From positions 1 through 63,470 of the forward strand of contig JACVIX010000001.1 in the NCBI GenBank assembly GCA_015711725.1: a stretch of DNA of 63,470 nt. The letters run 5' to 3'. Positions 29,248 through 37,991 of the stretch are shown here, piece after piece; positions within the stretch are counted from its first letter, which is position 1, and each line of letters starts with the position of its first letter. Under the pieces are notes generated by a model. It saw only the letters and a list, made by a program, of their open reading frames with translations, was not told the origin of the DNA and made no database searches. A program made the translations under genes and the position numbers. The stretch comes from Candidatus Geothermincola primus. Lineage in GTDB: Bacteria > Actinomycetota > Geothermincolia > Geothermincolales > Geothermincolaceae.

Positions 29248-29799
29248 ATGGAATGTGATTGTGCAGAAAGAATTGAAATAGAGAGTGGGATTATAGATAA
29301 AACCCGACCTCATCCATTGGTAATGGCCGCTCGCTTTATCGTTATGGGAGAGGCATTTTTTGTGGCTTTACGGGAGATGCTCAAGGAACGCAAACCAGGC
29401 TTTATTTGGGTGTGGTTAGGCGGTTGGGCTCTCTTCCTTACCCTGCCCCGTTATCTTATCTGCGCAAGATGTGATGGTTATGGCGAGATGTGCTATTCCT
29501 ATTACTTAGGCAAATACACCAGCAATCTCTTCCCTAGGTCATCGGGGAAGGTGGGCAGATTGGGATTGGGGTTGGAAATTCTCTCCTTGAGCACTATTTT
29601 CTGGACTCCGGTCTTCGCCCTGCGGGGGAGCAGAAAAAAATTGTTTCGCTACCTCTCGCTTTTAAACCTGGTCCTGGCGGGTCAATTTTTCCATGCTTGT
29701 AGATATTGCGGCATGCATTCAAAAGAAGAGTGGAAAAAGGTTTGCCCGGCTTTTCGTTTCTGGAGCGGAAGAGCGAGATTACAGCGAGTAGATATTTAG
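29248..29799 (+). CDS. hypothetical membrane protein with Cys motifs
   Basis: 183 aa with about 4 hydrophobic segments. Carries 'CARCDGYGEMC' and 'CRYCGMH...C'. No family recognised. Confidence 0.55.
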   Translation: MECDCAERIEIESGIIDKTRPHPLVMAARFIVMGEAFFVALREMLKERKPGFIWVWLGGWALFLTLPRYLICARCDGYGEMCYSYYLGKYTSNLFPRSSGKVGRLGLGLEILSLSTIFWTPVFALRGSRKKLFRYLSLLNLVLAGQFFHACRYCGMHSKEEWKKVCPAFRFWSGRARLQRVDI

Positions 29800-29976
29800 T
29801 TGACTGGCAAGTGATAGTTGAGTTTTCCCAGAAATGAATTTTGGCTAAGGATTTTCCGGTGGGAATCTCCTCTATGCTTGGCCCATTAAATTGGATAGAA
29901 ATAAAAATTAGCGAAAATTAGAGGAAATGGGAATTTACACAAGGTGGTCGATCCGTATGTCGAAAAAGGAGGCTTG

Positions 29977-30171
29977 ATGGAAAACAAATTATGGCTGAAA
30001 CGAGTTATCGCGTTCCTAGCTGTCGCTCATCCTATCGAGGCGTTAATCGCCAGACGCATGGCTAAGGAAAGGGGAAAGAACCCCAATCTATGGTTTTTCC
30101 TCACCCTAATATTCGGGATTTTTTCCTTGAGGAAACTGAGAAAAATAAAGCCAGCTGAAACTGAGGGATAA
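29977..30171 (+). CDS. small membrane protein (64 aa)
   Basis: ATG at 29977 is preceded by AAAGGAGG with 5-nt spacing. Two hydrophobic helices are present. No homology recognised. Confidence 0.4.
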   Translation: MENKLWLKRVIAFLAVAHPIEALIARRMAKERGKNPNLWFFLTLIFGIFSLRKLRKIKPAETEG

Positions 30172-30409
30172 GATGAAGGCAAAGTTCGGCCTCCGATTTA
30201 TTTACATAATGTCGAATTGAAATTGGTTTTCATTTATCCTCTCTATTGGCGATTGTTTCCTTATTGCGGATAGCCGGATTTCCATTTGCCGAGTAAATGG
30301 AGAAAGTAGCCCCATTGCTTTATATGATGTGAGTAGTTTGCTCCAGCGATAAAGCGTTAGGGGTATTTTATTTATATGCCGGTCACTTTTAGAGTTAAAG
30401 AGGGAGATC

Positions 30410-31360
30410 CTATCTCTTTTTATGGGTTTTGATCATGATCTCCACCACTTCCCGAGAGGAGTATTGGGGTTGGTGGTTCAGGGCCTCCCTGGTGAGATGG
30501 TCTGATGCCACCCAGCGATACCTGATGAAGTCGATCATACCCGAGGGGCCCTCTATTAAGGGAGCGTGCAGTTTCCACAGAATGTCTATAGCAGGATAGA
30601 TGAGCTTTTCCGGAAAGTTGATGATGCGTTTGCCCAACAGTTTGGAGATCTCCTCTACGCCGATAACTCCTTCCCCGATCGCGTGGAAGAAACCCACTTT
30701 TTTCTGGTCGTATATCTTGCGGAAAACAGTAGCCACGTCGTCCTCGTGCACGAATTGCATCTCTGGCATAGCCTTTGCCGTTGTGGGGAGAAAAGGTAGG
30801 CGAAGGAGAAAACGGGAGAGATAATTGTCCACATTAGGTCCGTAAACGATGCAGGGTCTTACCACCGCTACCCCGATATTAGGATTCTCTTCTTTGAACC
30901 GTTCGATAAGTTTCTCCACCTCGTACTTGTCGGAGGCATAAGTATAGTTTGGTTGCCTGCGGGGAGGATCATTTTCAGTGAGAAACTCGGGATTATCGGG
31001 GAAAGCCCCAAAGGCGGAGGTGGAACTGGCGACGATAAGATGCTCAGCTTCACAGGCTGCGGTGGCATCCAGCACGTTTTTAGAACCTCTGACATCTATA
31101 TCATGCATAAGGGCATCGTCGTGTAACGGGTTGACGATGAAGGCCAAATGGATGACTTCTTTAACTTTTTTGGACTTCAAAAGCTCAAATATTCTGGGAT
31201 CTCGCACGTCCAACCTATGAAACTCCAGCTTGTTGAAGTCTCCCTGTGGCGTTTTCACATCGATCCCCACTATTTTCTGGACCTCTGGATCATCTTCGAG
31301 CTGGTGGAGCAGACGAGTTCCGATGTATCCTGAAACTCCGGTAATCGCCACGATCGACAT
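30410..31360 (-). CDS. NAD-dependent epimerase/dehydratase (extended SDR)
   Basis: 'VAITGVSGYIGTRLL' is the GxxGxxG motif. 'YASDKYEVEK' is YxxxK. Confidence 0.85.
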   Translation of the reverse strand: MSIVAITGVSGYIGTRLLHQLEDDPEVQKIVGIDVKTPQGDFNKLEFHRLDVRDPRIFELLKSKKVKEVIHLAFIVNPLHDDALMHDIDVRGSKNVLDATAACEAEHLIVASSTSAFGAFPDNPEFLTENDPPRRQPNYTYASDKYEVEKLIERFKEENPNIGVAVVRPCIVYGPNVDNYLSRFLLRLPFLPTTAKAMPEMQFVHEDDVATVFRKIYDQKKVGFFHAIGEGVIGVEEISKLLGKRIINFPEKLIYPAIDILWKLHAPLIEGPSGMIDFIRYRWVASDHLTREALNHQPQYSSREVVEIMIKTHKKR

Positions 31361-31722
31361 CTTTGTCCCCCTTTCTCAGCAGAGCTTAACCCTCGATTTC
31401 AAGCAGCAATATTTTAATATATAGCCCGGGTTCTTCCAATACTTCTAAGATATCGACCCTTTTGGGTGTTACCCTCGCTTATCTTCGTGAGAAAACGTGG
31501 CTTTATCTGGGAGGCGAAACGCTTCACCTAGTTTTATAGGCATCCGCTTCCAAGAATCTCTTTCTTTTACATGTATCCCGAAATTCGAGCGCGAACAGCA
31601 TCAGATGATAGGAGGCTTTCTCTTTAATGAATTGGATTGTCATTATATAATATCTTTACCTTGATGTCGGAATAGGGTGAATGTCCTAGTGTCTCCGGAC
31701 AGTCTCTTCAAAGGGAGGAACT

Positions 31723-32022
31723 ATGGCCAAGGACAAAGATGAAAAAATCGCTATTTTACGCCGTTTGAACAGGATAGAGGGGCAAGTTAGAGGGATAGCT
31801 CGCATGGTTCAAGAGGACGAGAACTGTGAGGACATCCTAGTTCAGATAGCCGCGGTGAAGGCGGCAGTGGACCGGGTGGGGGTAAAACTGATGGGCCATA
31901 AAATGAAGGAGTGTCTGGAGCAGAAAGGTATTTCGAAACAGGAGTCTATAGACAGGGCTATCGATATTTTCTTACGTTTTACCCAAACTATGGGCTCGGT
32001 GGGAAGCTTAGAAAAACGCTGA
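31723..32022 (+). CDS. CsoR/RcnR (DUF156) family metal- or thiol-sensing repressor
   Basis: 'LRRLNRIEGQVRGIARMV' and 'CEDILVQIAAVKAAVDRV' are family hallmarks. Cys35 and Cys64 show the canonical 29-residue spacing. His59 lies one position off the canonical Cu(I) His. Confidence 0.85.
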   Translation: MAKDKDEKIAILRRLNRIEGQVRGIARMVQEDENCEDILVQIAAVKAAVDRVGVKLMGHKMKECLEQKGISKQESIDRAIDIFLRFTQTMGSVGSLEKR

Positions 32023-32398
32023 TGCTTCCCGGCTTTTTAAGTCAGTGGTAATCCAGCAAGTAGGAAGATAATCATCACTCTCTATATTAATACTTTTTAT
32101 AAAGCCGTCCTTTGTCCATAATTAGCCGCCTCATTCCCGCTGGGGATCAATCATATACCGTGATCCAGCTGAGCTGGAAACGGAGAAGCTGGTTATTTCA
32201 AGATGGAAAGTTTTTTGCCCAGAAGAACTTTATCTTTTCAACGGATCCTCCATTTTCTATACCGCGCTTCCGCCCAAGGTCATTTTCCGTCATTTATCCG
32301 CCTGGCTAGAACAATGGGTTAGGCTTAGAGAAGCGCATTAGTGCATCCGCTTTCGTGGGAATGACGGTTGGTTATTTTATCTAAAATATTGAATATGT

Positions 32399-35300
32399 TC
32401 AAGCCCTCATCAGCTCTCCCATCATAGGCCCCAGCAGAGGGGGCATGACTCTCTCCATCACCCCGGGCAGCATGCGGGGCATCAGTTCGCGCATAGATGG
32501 GGACATCTCTGGCATCTTCTGTTCTAGGATGGGAAGCATGCGGGGTAGCATCAGTTTGAGCATGAGAGGCAACAGGCGCGAAGCCATAGAGGGTCCCACT
32601 TTGGTCATCGCCCAAACGATAGTCCTCTTGACGGGCGAAGGTAGAGCGCGCATTCCTTTTATGATGGCTGAGCTGGGCCCAGGAAGAGATAGCAGGAACT
32701 CTTCCATGAAGTCTGCCATACCCTGAGGAGTCATTAGTCTAATCATCTTGTCGAAAACGGCCCAGTTCCTGGCCACCTCGGCAGTGGGGTCCCCTAAAGG
32801 ATAACCCAAAGCCTCTGAAACCACGGAGGCAAAATCGCGAACTGGCATTTCGCTTCCTGCGGCTTGGCTCCATACTCTCAATTGAAATTCGCAGCAAGGG
32901 CAGGTTGTGACTATGGCTTGAGCTTCGGTCTGTCGAGCTTCCTCAAGCCTTTTGGAGGCGATAGCCTCAGAAGTGGGCTTGGTTTCGCCGATAAGTGTGA
33001 GAACGCTACCACAACAGAGGGCGTCTTCACGGTTATGTTCCATCTCCACTAACGTGATCCCCGGAATGGCTTTCAGCACTTCCCTGGGCGCTTCGTAGAT
33101 ACCTCCGTGGCGTCCAATGTGGCAAGGATCGTGCCATGTGATCTTCATGGGAATATTATTTACAAATTGTAATTTATTTTCCGCAAGAAGTTCTGCGGCA
33201 ACCTCCGAAATATGTTTTACCTCCACCTCCCATTCGATTCCAAGCTTCTCGGCCCATTGTTTATAGTGGTGGGATAAAGTGACCCAGCAACCCGGGCATG
33301 AGGCTATCAAAGTCTTGATCCCCCTGCCCTTTATTTCCTCTATATTCTTGCGCACAGCTTTTTCGAACAGGTCCCATTTTCCGCTCATAAGAAAAGGAAT
33401 GCCGCAACAAGTCTCCTTCTCCCCTAGATAAACGAATTCCAAACCTCCCTCCTTAAGTATGCGTACAGAGCCTTGGGCGATATCCTTCTCCACATAGGAA
33501 GCAGTGCAACCTGCCCAGTAACCCAAAGATCCTTCCTTGAGAACATCTATATCCTCGGGGAGCCAGGAGTCTCGATTCTCGGAAAAACTTGCCCAGATGT
33601 TGCTCTCCATATCGTAGGAAGCGCCCATCATCTCGAAAGGAGGAAATGTCTTAAATCTGCCGGAAGCGATTAGTTCGCCCCGCATGGATTCCCATAGGGA
33701 TTCAATGGGCAAATCGGTCTGACATACGTTGTCACATTTTTTACACGTTGTACATAAAAGAAAGGTTCTTGCCATCTTTTCGTTTAAGGGAAGCCTGCCC
33801 TGGCTATATCTCTTGAGGTAATACCATTTGCCGCGAGGGGAAGCGCTTTCCCAACCCCTGCCAGAGTAGAGAGTACATTCTTGGACGCAGTATCCACATT
33901 GAGCGCAGGTGTAAGCGGCGGTTTCCAACTCTTGAGGCAATTTTTTCCTCAAAGAGGGGATATTCTTGGGAAGAAGCCAGCCCATTCTCCAACCTAGCGG
34001 GGCCAGAGGTGTCGCAAAGGACAGGAAATAGTCTAAAAGGCGGACCTTAGCCGGTCTGTGCTCGTCAACTAGTAATTTGCCTGGATTCATAATTCCCGAA
34101 GGATCATGGTCTATTCGATAGCGGCGCAGAAATTCGCTTTTTGTTTTGCCCCACCGTTCCTCAAAGCTAGGCGCAAAGTAAAGACCGATCCCGTAAGGCT
34201 TTCCCCCTCGCTTTCGCACCAGGCTTAGAAAATGCAAGGATTTGGCGAATTCAAGGGTGAACGCAGGAGACCTGGTGTCCGAAGGGATAAAACCTAGAAG
34301 AATCGCCCATCCGTCGGAGGTAAGCGTAGCCTCGATGCTCATATCGGGAATGGACTTCTCCGTGGCGGCGAAAACGGTTGAAAGATACTCCCAAGGTATC
34401 ATGGCTTCGGCGGGGATAAGGGAGGGGCCCAGCTTGCGAAGGCGCATGGGATTAAACCTCTCTTCCCATTCGTGGAGAGCCTGTTTCTGAGGAAGTTGTT
34501 TCCCCCCATGGCGTGAAGCGATTCTTACGAGATGCCTCTCCGTCTCTGGTGAGGGATTTTCCAACACCACAAGTGCTAAATAGGTAACGGGAAGGGGGTC
34601 TTCGGCATCAAGCTGGTTTTTAATTTTAGCTAATTGGGGGTTGAGAATTTGTAGGTGGTAGATGTCAAGGTCAGTGCCCAGTTCTCGCATAAAGGACTGG
34701 ATTCCCAGATAGCCCTTGAATGAGAAGAGTAAGGGGATCTCCTCGCCCGCTTTACGAACCTTAAGCCTTACTGCGGTGATGATCCCGGTGATGCCCTCCG
34801 CACCGTAGTATTTCCAAAGGTCACTCCCTCCAATTTCTTGTAGATTTCCCTCGGGAGAAACTACTTCCAGGCTTTCCAGGTTGCTTTCCAGGGAACCGTA
34901 ACTATAACTCCCAATGCCATAGCCACCCTCAGCCACCCAGCCCCCCACTGTTGAGGAAGGAGCACTGGAGGGGTAGACGCGCAGGGCAAAGCCCTCTTTT
35001 CCAAGGGCTGTTTCTAGATGCTTCCAGATTACCCCTGCATCCACCAGTGCGGTTTCACTTTGGGGATCGATTTCCCTAATTGTGTTCAGCGAGGTGAGGT
35101 CGATTACCATGCCCCCGCTGGAGGGCAACGCTCCACCATAGCCGCTGGTAGCGGAGCCTCTAGGAACAATAGGAATTCCTCGGCTGCGAGCTAGCTTTAC
35201 CAGGTGAATTATTTCTTGGACGCCCCTGACCTTTACCACCACTTCCGCCTGGGGTCGTAACAGTTTTTCTATGATGCTTGGAAATTCCCCCATATCATGG

Positions 35301-35446
35301 GAATAAAGGTCCAGCTCAATATCATCCCAGGTCACTCGGTCGCCAAGATCTTGTTTGAGAGATACCTTGAATTGTTTGGTAACTTTTCCAGCCAATATCT
35401 CCACCTCCAAAAACTTCGCGCTAGCGAGCCTTCGCCTTTCCATCAT
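32399..35446 (-). CDS. fused FAD-linked oxidase (GlcD-like) + 2x[4Fe-4S] + 2xCCG (GlcF/HdrD-like) oxidoreductase with a Met-rich C-terminal extension
   Basis: 'PRGSATSGYGGALP' marks the FAD_binding_4 domain. 'CAQCGYCVQEC' and 'CTTCKKCDNVC' are the cluster motifs. 'CCGIPF' and 'CCGSVL' are the CCG motifs. An alternative TTG start at 35395 follows GGAGGTG. Confidence 0.85.
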   Translation of the reverse strand: MMERRRLASAKFLEVEILAGKVTKQFKVSLKQDLGDRVTWDDIELDLYSHDMGEFPSIIEKLLRPQAEVVVKVRGVQEIIHLVKLARSRGIPIVPRGSATSGYGGALPSSGGMVIDLTSLNTIREIDPQSETALVDAGVIWKHLETALGKEGFALRVYPSSAPSSTVGGWVAEGGYGIGSYSYGSLESNLESLEVVSPEGNLQEIGGSDLWKYYGAEGITGIITAVRLKVRKAGEEIPLLFSFKGYLGIQSFMRELGTDLDIYHLQILNPQLAKIKNQLDAEDPLPVTYLALVVLENPSPETERHLVRIASRHGGKQLPQKQALHEWEERFNPMRLRKLGPSLIPAEAMIPWEYLSTVFAATEKSIPDMSIEATLTSDGWAILLGFIPSDTRSPAFTLEFAKSLHFLSLVRKRGGKPYGIGLYFAPSFEERWGKTKSEFLRRYRIDHDPSGIMNPGKLLVDEHRPAKVRLLDYFLSFATPLAPLGWRMGWLLPKNIPSLRKKLPQELETAAYTCAQCGYCVQECTLYSGRGWESASPRGKWYYLKRYSQGRLPLNEKMARTFLLCTTCKKCDNVCQTDLPIESLWESMRGELIASGRFKTFPPFEMMGASYDMESNIWASFSENRDSWLPEDIDVLKEGSLGYWAGCTASYVEKDIAQGSVRILKEGGLEFVYLGEKETCCGIPFLMSGKWDLFEKAVRKNIEEIKGRGIKTLIASCPGCWVTLSHHYKQWAEKLGIEWEVEVKHISEVAAELLAENKLQFVNNIPMKITWHDPCHIGRHGGIYEAPREVLKAIPGITLVEMEHNREDALCCGSVLTLIGETKPTSEAIASKRLEEARQTEAQAIVTTCPCCEFQLRVWSQAAGSEMPVRDFASVVSEALGYPLGDPTAEVARNWAVFDKMIRLMTPQGMADFMEEFLLSLPGPSSAIIKGMRALPSPVKRTIVWAMTKVGPSMASRLLPLMLKLMLPRMLPILEQKMPEMSPSMRELMPRMLPGVMERVMPPLLGPMMGELMRA

Positions 35447-35471
35447 TTCGTAAAGCTTTGTTTCGGCCGAA

Positions 35472-35493
35472 AATATACCCTTAGGGGTATATT
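35472..35493. promoter_or_regulatory. CsoR-family-type operator candidate, site 1 (AATATACCC-TTAG-GGGTATATT)
   Basis: Perfect 9-bp arms with a 4-nt spacer. It lies 26 nt upstream of the ATG at 35446 of the FAD/Fe-S oxidoreductase, or 77 nt upstream of the alternative TTG start. Confidence 0.5.
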
Positions 35494-36117
35494 GTCAATA
35501 GTTTATATCATGCATTAAAGGTGAATAATTTTCGGGATCACGCGTTGTTCATCAGGAATTTAAAGGGTTGGGGCAAGAAAAGCCTATTGTTTGTGGATTT
35601 TACAGTGGATGCCGAATGACTAGTGTTGAGCTGTTCCGCTTATCAAACTTATCTGTGAGGTGGGGATGAGAAAATTGCACGTCAATTTATGGGACGGCAC
35701 TGTTAGCCTCGCGGACTCGGGTCTTTTACCCGAAAGACCCTTTGAATGGATATTGTACGAATGATGGAGGGTGAAGCGAAGCGCCAATTTGGTTAAGGAA
35801 AAATAAGCATAATTACGGTCATGCATCTAAAGCAAATCTTTAGGCAAAAACCCAAGATTCGTTGTTACGGAACTGTTACGATAATGCAAAATTTCTGTGA
35901 CTATTTTCATGTTTGCCCAGGTTAATAGTTGAGTGGGATTATGCCCAGGGATTAATATTCTTACAGCGAACCCGGTTGCAAAGCGGTGGTGACAGAAACA
36001 TTAGCGGAGGGAAATATAAGCTGTGTAATGATATAATTAAAGGGCCTTTTAGAATGTAATCCTCGAGCTCCAACATTAATTCATCGATAGGTTGATTATA
36101 AGAGATAAAGGTAAGGA

Positions 36118-37896
36118 ATGCGGCTGGAAGTGGTCTTGATGAGAAAGATTTTGTATTTATGGATGATAAGTTTGGCATTCCTTCTTGTTTTCTCTCTCGC
36201 CCCGTATGGTTTGGCGGACGCTTATGAAAAACCGCAGATTGACATTATAGAGCCGGCGAGGGCGCCAATAGGAAGCGAGATCACTATCAATGGCGCCCAC
36301 TTTGGCGATATGCGAGAGGGATCTCGCGTAGTGTTTGGCTCTGTAGAAGCTACACAGTATATCCGCTGGTCGGATTCTCAAATAAAAGTGATTGTGCCTT
36401 ATGGGTCATATCCGGATAGCCAGTTGCAAGTTAAGGTCATAACCCCTGGGGGAAGTTCTTATGGGGCCAGATTCGAGCTGGAGCCCCGCGCTATGGTCCT
36501 GGCCGAAGGTTTCACAGGTAAAGGTTTCCAAGAATATATAATACTGGGCAATCCTCAAGCTTTCGAGGTTAAGGTTAAATTACTATATATCTTCGCGGAC
36601 GGCACGTATATGGAAAGGGGCATGATAGTTCCCCCCCAATCCAGGGTAACCGTCGACGTGAACAGGGATGTGGGCGAGGAAGAGGAAGTATCTGCATTGA
36701 TTTTCTCAGATATCTATATTGTGGTGGAACGGCCTATCTACTTCGATTACCGGGGATGGACAGGAGGACACAATATTGTAGCAGGACGCAAAGCCAGCAA
36801 AACTTGGTATTTCGCGGAGGGATCTACTGAGCCAGGATTCGATGAATACTTGGCGGTTCTCAACCCCACGGAGAAAGAGGCCAATTTGGTCTTCCGTTTT
36901 CAGATAGAGGACGCGGGAGAAATTTTCCGTTACGGGAGCGTGCCCGCCTATTCACGGAAGACATTCAAATTAAACGATCTGCTGGGTTCGGGATGCCGAG
37001 CTTCATTGGCCTTAAAATCGGACCAATTCGTTGTGGCAGAGAGAAGCATGTACTTCGGCCACGAAGACAGTCGGAGCGGTGGCCATTGCGAAATGGGTTT
37101 ACCGGGATTTCCCAGTTCAGGACCTTTTTCCTACTACTTCGCTGAGGGCAGCACTTTCGGCGGCTTCGATGAATATCTGATATTACAAAACCCCGATTCA
37201 GCTATTCCAGTGGTGGTGGATGTGACCTATAGGTTCCGGGCGGGCCAGGGGGACCCAATTCGTAAGCAGTATCGGTTGGAGCCAGGGCAGAGACGCACTA
37301 TCTTCTTGCCCGATGATGTGGGGAGAGGCAAGGATGTCTCTGTTGCGCTGCAATCGGATTCACCATTCGTCGCGGAACGCTCTATCTTCTATCGATATGA
37401 TTTTTCCGATATTAGTGTATATGGTGGAGATTGCATCGTCGGTGCCCGGAAAACTTCCCTCCAATGGTACTTCTCCGAGGGTTTTACCGGGCCGGATTTC
37501 CACGAATGGCTGTCACTTTTCAATCCCGGAGAAGAGGATTCCCTAGTGGAAGTCACCTATTTCACTCCATCGGGAGTTTTACATCCCGCGAGAATCACTG
37601 TTCCCGCAGGAAGTAGGGAGACTTTTATGGTGAATGACCATGCGGGCAGAAACATCTTGCTCTCCTGCCAGATTAGAGTCATTTCTGGGCCGGGTATCGT
37701 GGCGGAAAGACCCATGTATTTCCGATTATCCCAAACTGAGGATGGAGATACGGCGGTTGAAGGGGGACATACTTCGCTGGGCGATGTCCCCTATGCCGGC
37801 GATGCCCTTGAAGATTACACTTCCAACTGTTGCAGTAATCTAATGGAAGCCCTAAGTCCCTTCTTTCAGGAAAAGGCTCGGAGGTTATGGAAGTAA
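36118..37896 (+). CDS. secreted IPT/TIG-domain protein followed by four 'YFAEG...VAER' repeats
   Basis: Signal peptide 'ILYLWMISLAFLLVFSLAP'. The IPT/TIG-like segment is 'PQIDIIEPARAPIGSEITINGAHFG...VKVITPGG'. Repeats span about 36481-37770. An alternative start is at 36139. Confidence 0.8.
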   Translation: MRLEVVLMRKILYLWMISLAFLLVFSLAPYGLADAYEKPQIDIIEPARAPIGSEITINGAHFGDMREGSRVVFGSVEATQYIRWSDSQIKVIVPYGSYPDSQLQVKVITPGGSSYGARFELEPRAMVLAEGFTGKGFQEYIILGNPQAFEVKVKLLYIFADGTYMERGMIVPPQSRVTVDVNRDVGEEEEVSALIFSDIYIVVERPIYFDYRGWTGGHNIVAGRKASKTWYFAEGSTEPGFDEYLAVLNPTEKEANLVFRFQIEDAGEIFRYGSVPAYSRKTFKLNDLLGSGCRASLALKSDQFVVAERSMYFGHEDSRSGGHCEMGLPGFPSSGPFSYYFAEGSTFGGFDEYLILQNPDSAIPVVVDVTYRFRAGQGDPIRKQYRLEPGQRRTIFLPDDVGRGKDVSVALQSDSPFVAERSIFYRYDFSDISVYGGDCIVGARKTSLQWYFSEGFTGPDFHEWLSLFNPGEEDSLVEVTYFTPSGVLHPARITVPAGSRETFMVNDHAGRNILLSCQIRVISGPGIVAERPMYFRLSQTEDGDTAVEGGHTSLGDVPYAGDALEDYTSNCCSNLMEALSPFFQEKARRLWK

Positions 37897-37922
37897 CTTA
37901 ATAGTCTAATGAAATTAAACAG

Positions 37923-37948
37923 AAGGGCACGGTTAAAACCGTGCCCTT
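37923..37948. terminator. bidirectional hairpin between convergent genes
   Basis: AAGGGCACGG-TTAAAA-CCGTGCCCTT, a perfect 10-bp stem, between the stops at 37896 (+) and 37992 (-). The T-tracts are weak. Confidence 0.5.
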
Positions 37949-37991
37949 CGTATTCACGCCAAGCCTCTAAAAGTTTTGAGTAAGGCTTAAA

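Noticed and set aside
35666-35764. 32-codon mini-ORF (MRKLHVNLWDGTVSLADSGLLPERPFEWILYE) directly after GAGGTGGGG, ending near a hairpin (GGGTCTT/AAGACCC, about 35720-35741).
   Set aside because: The SD-to-ATG spacing is only about 3 nt, no homology is recognised, and nothing else supports it. It could still be part of an sRNA or small-protein locus in the 670-nt gap.
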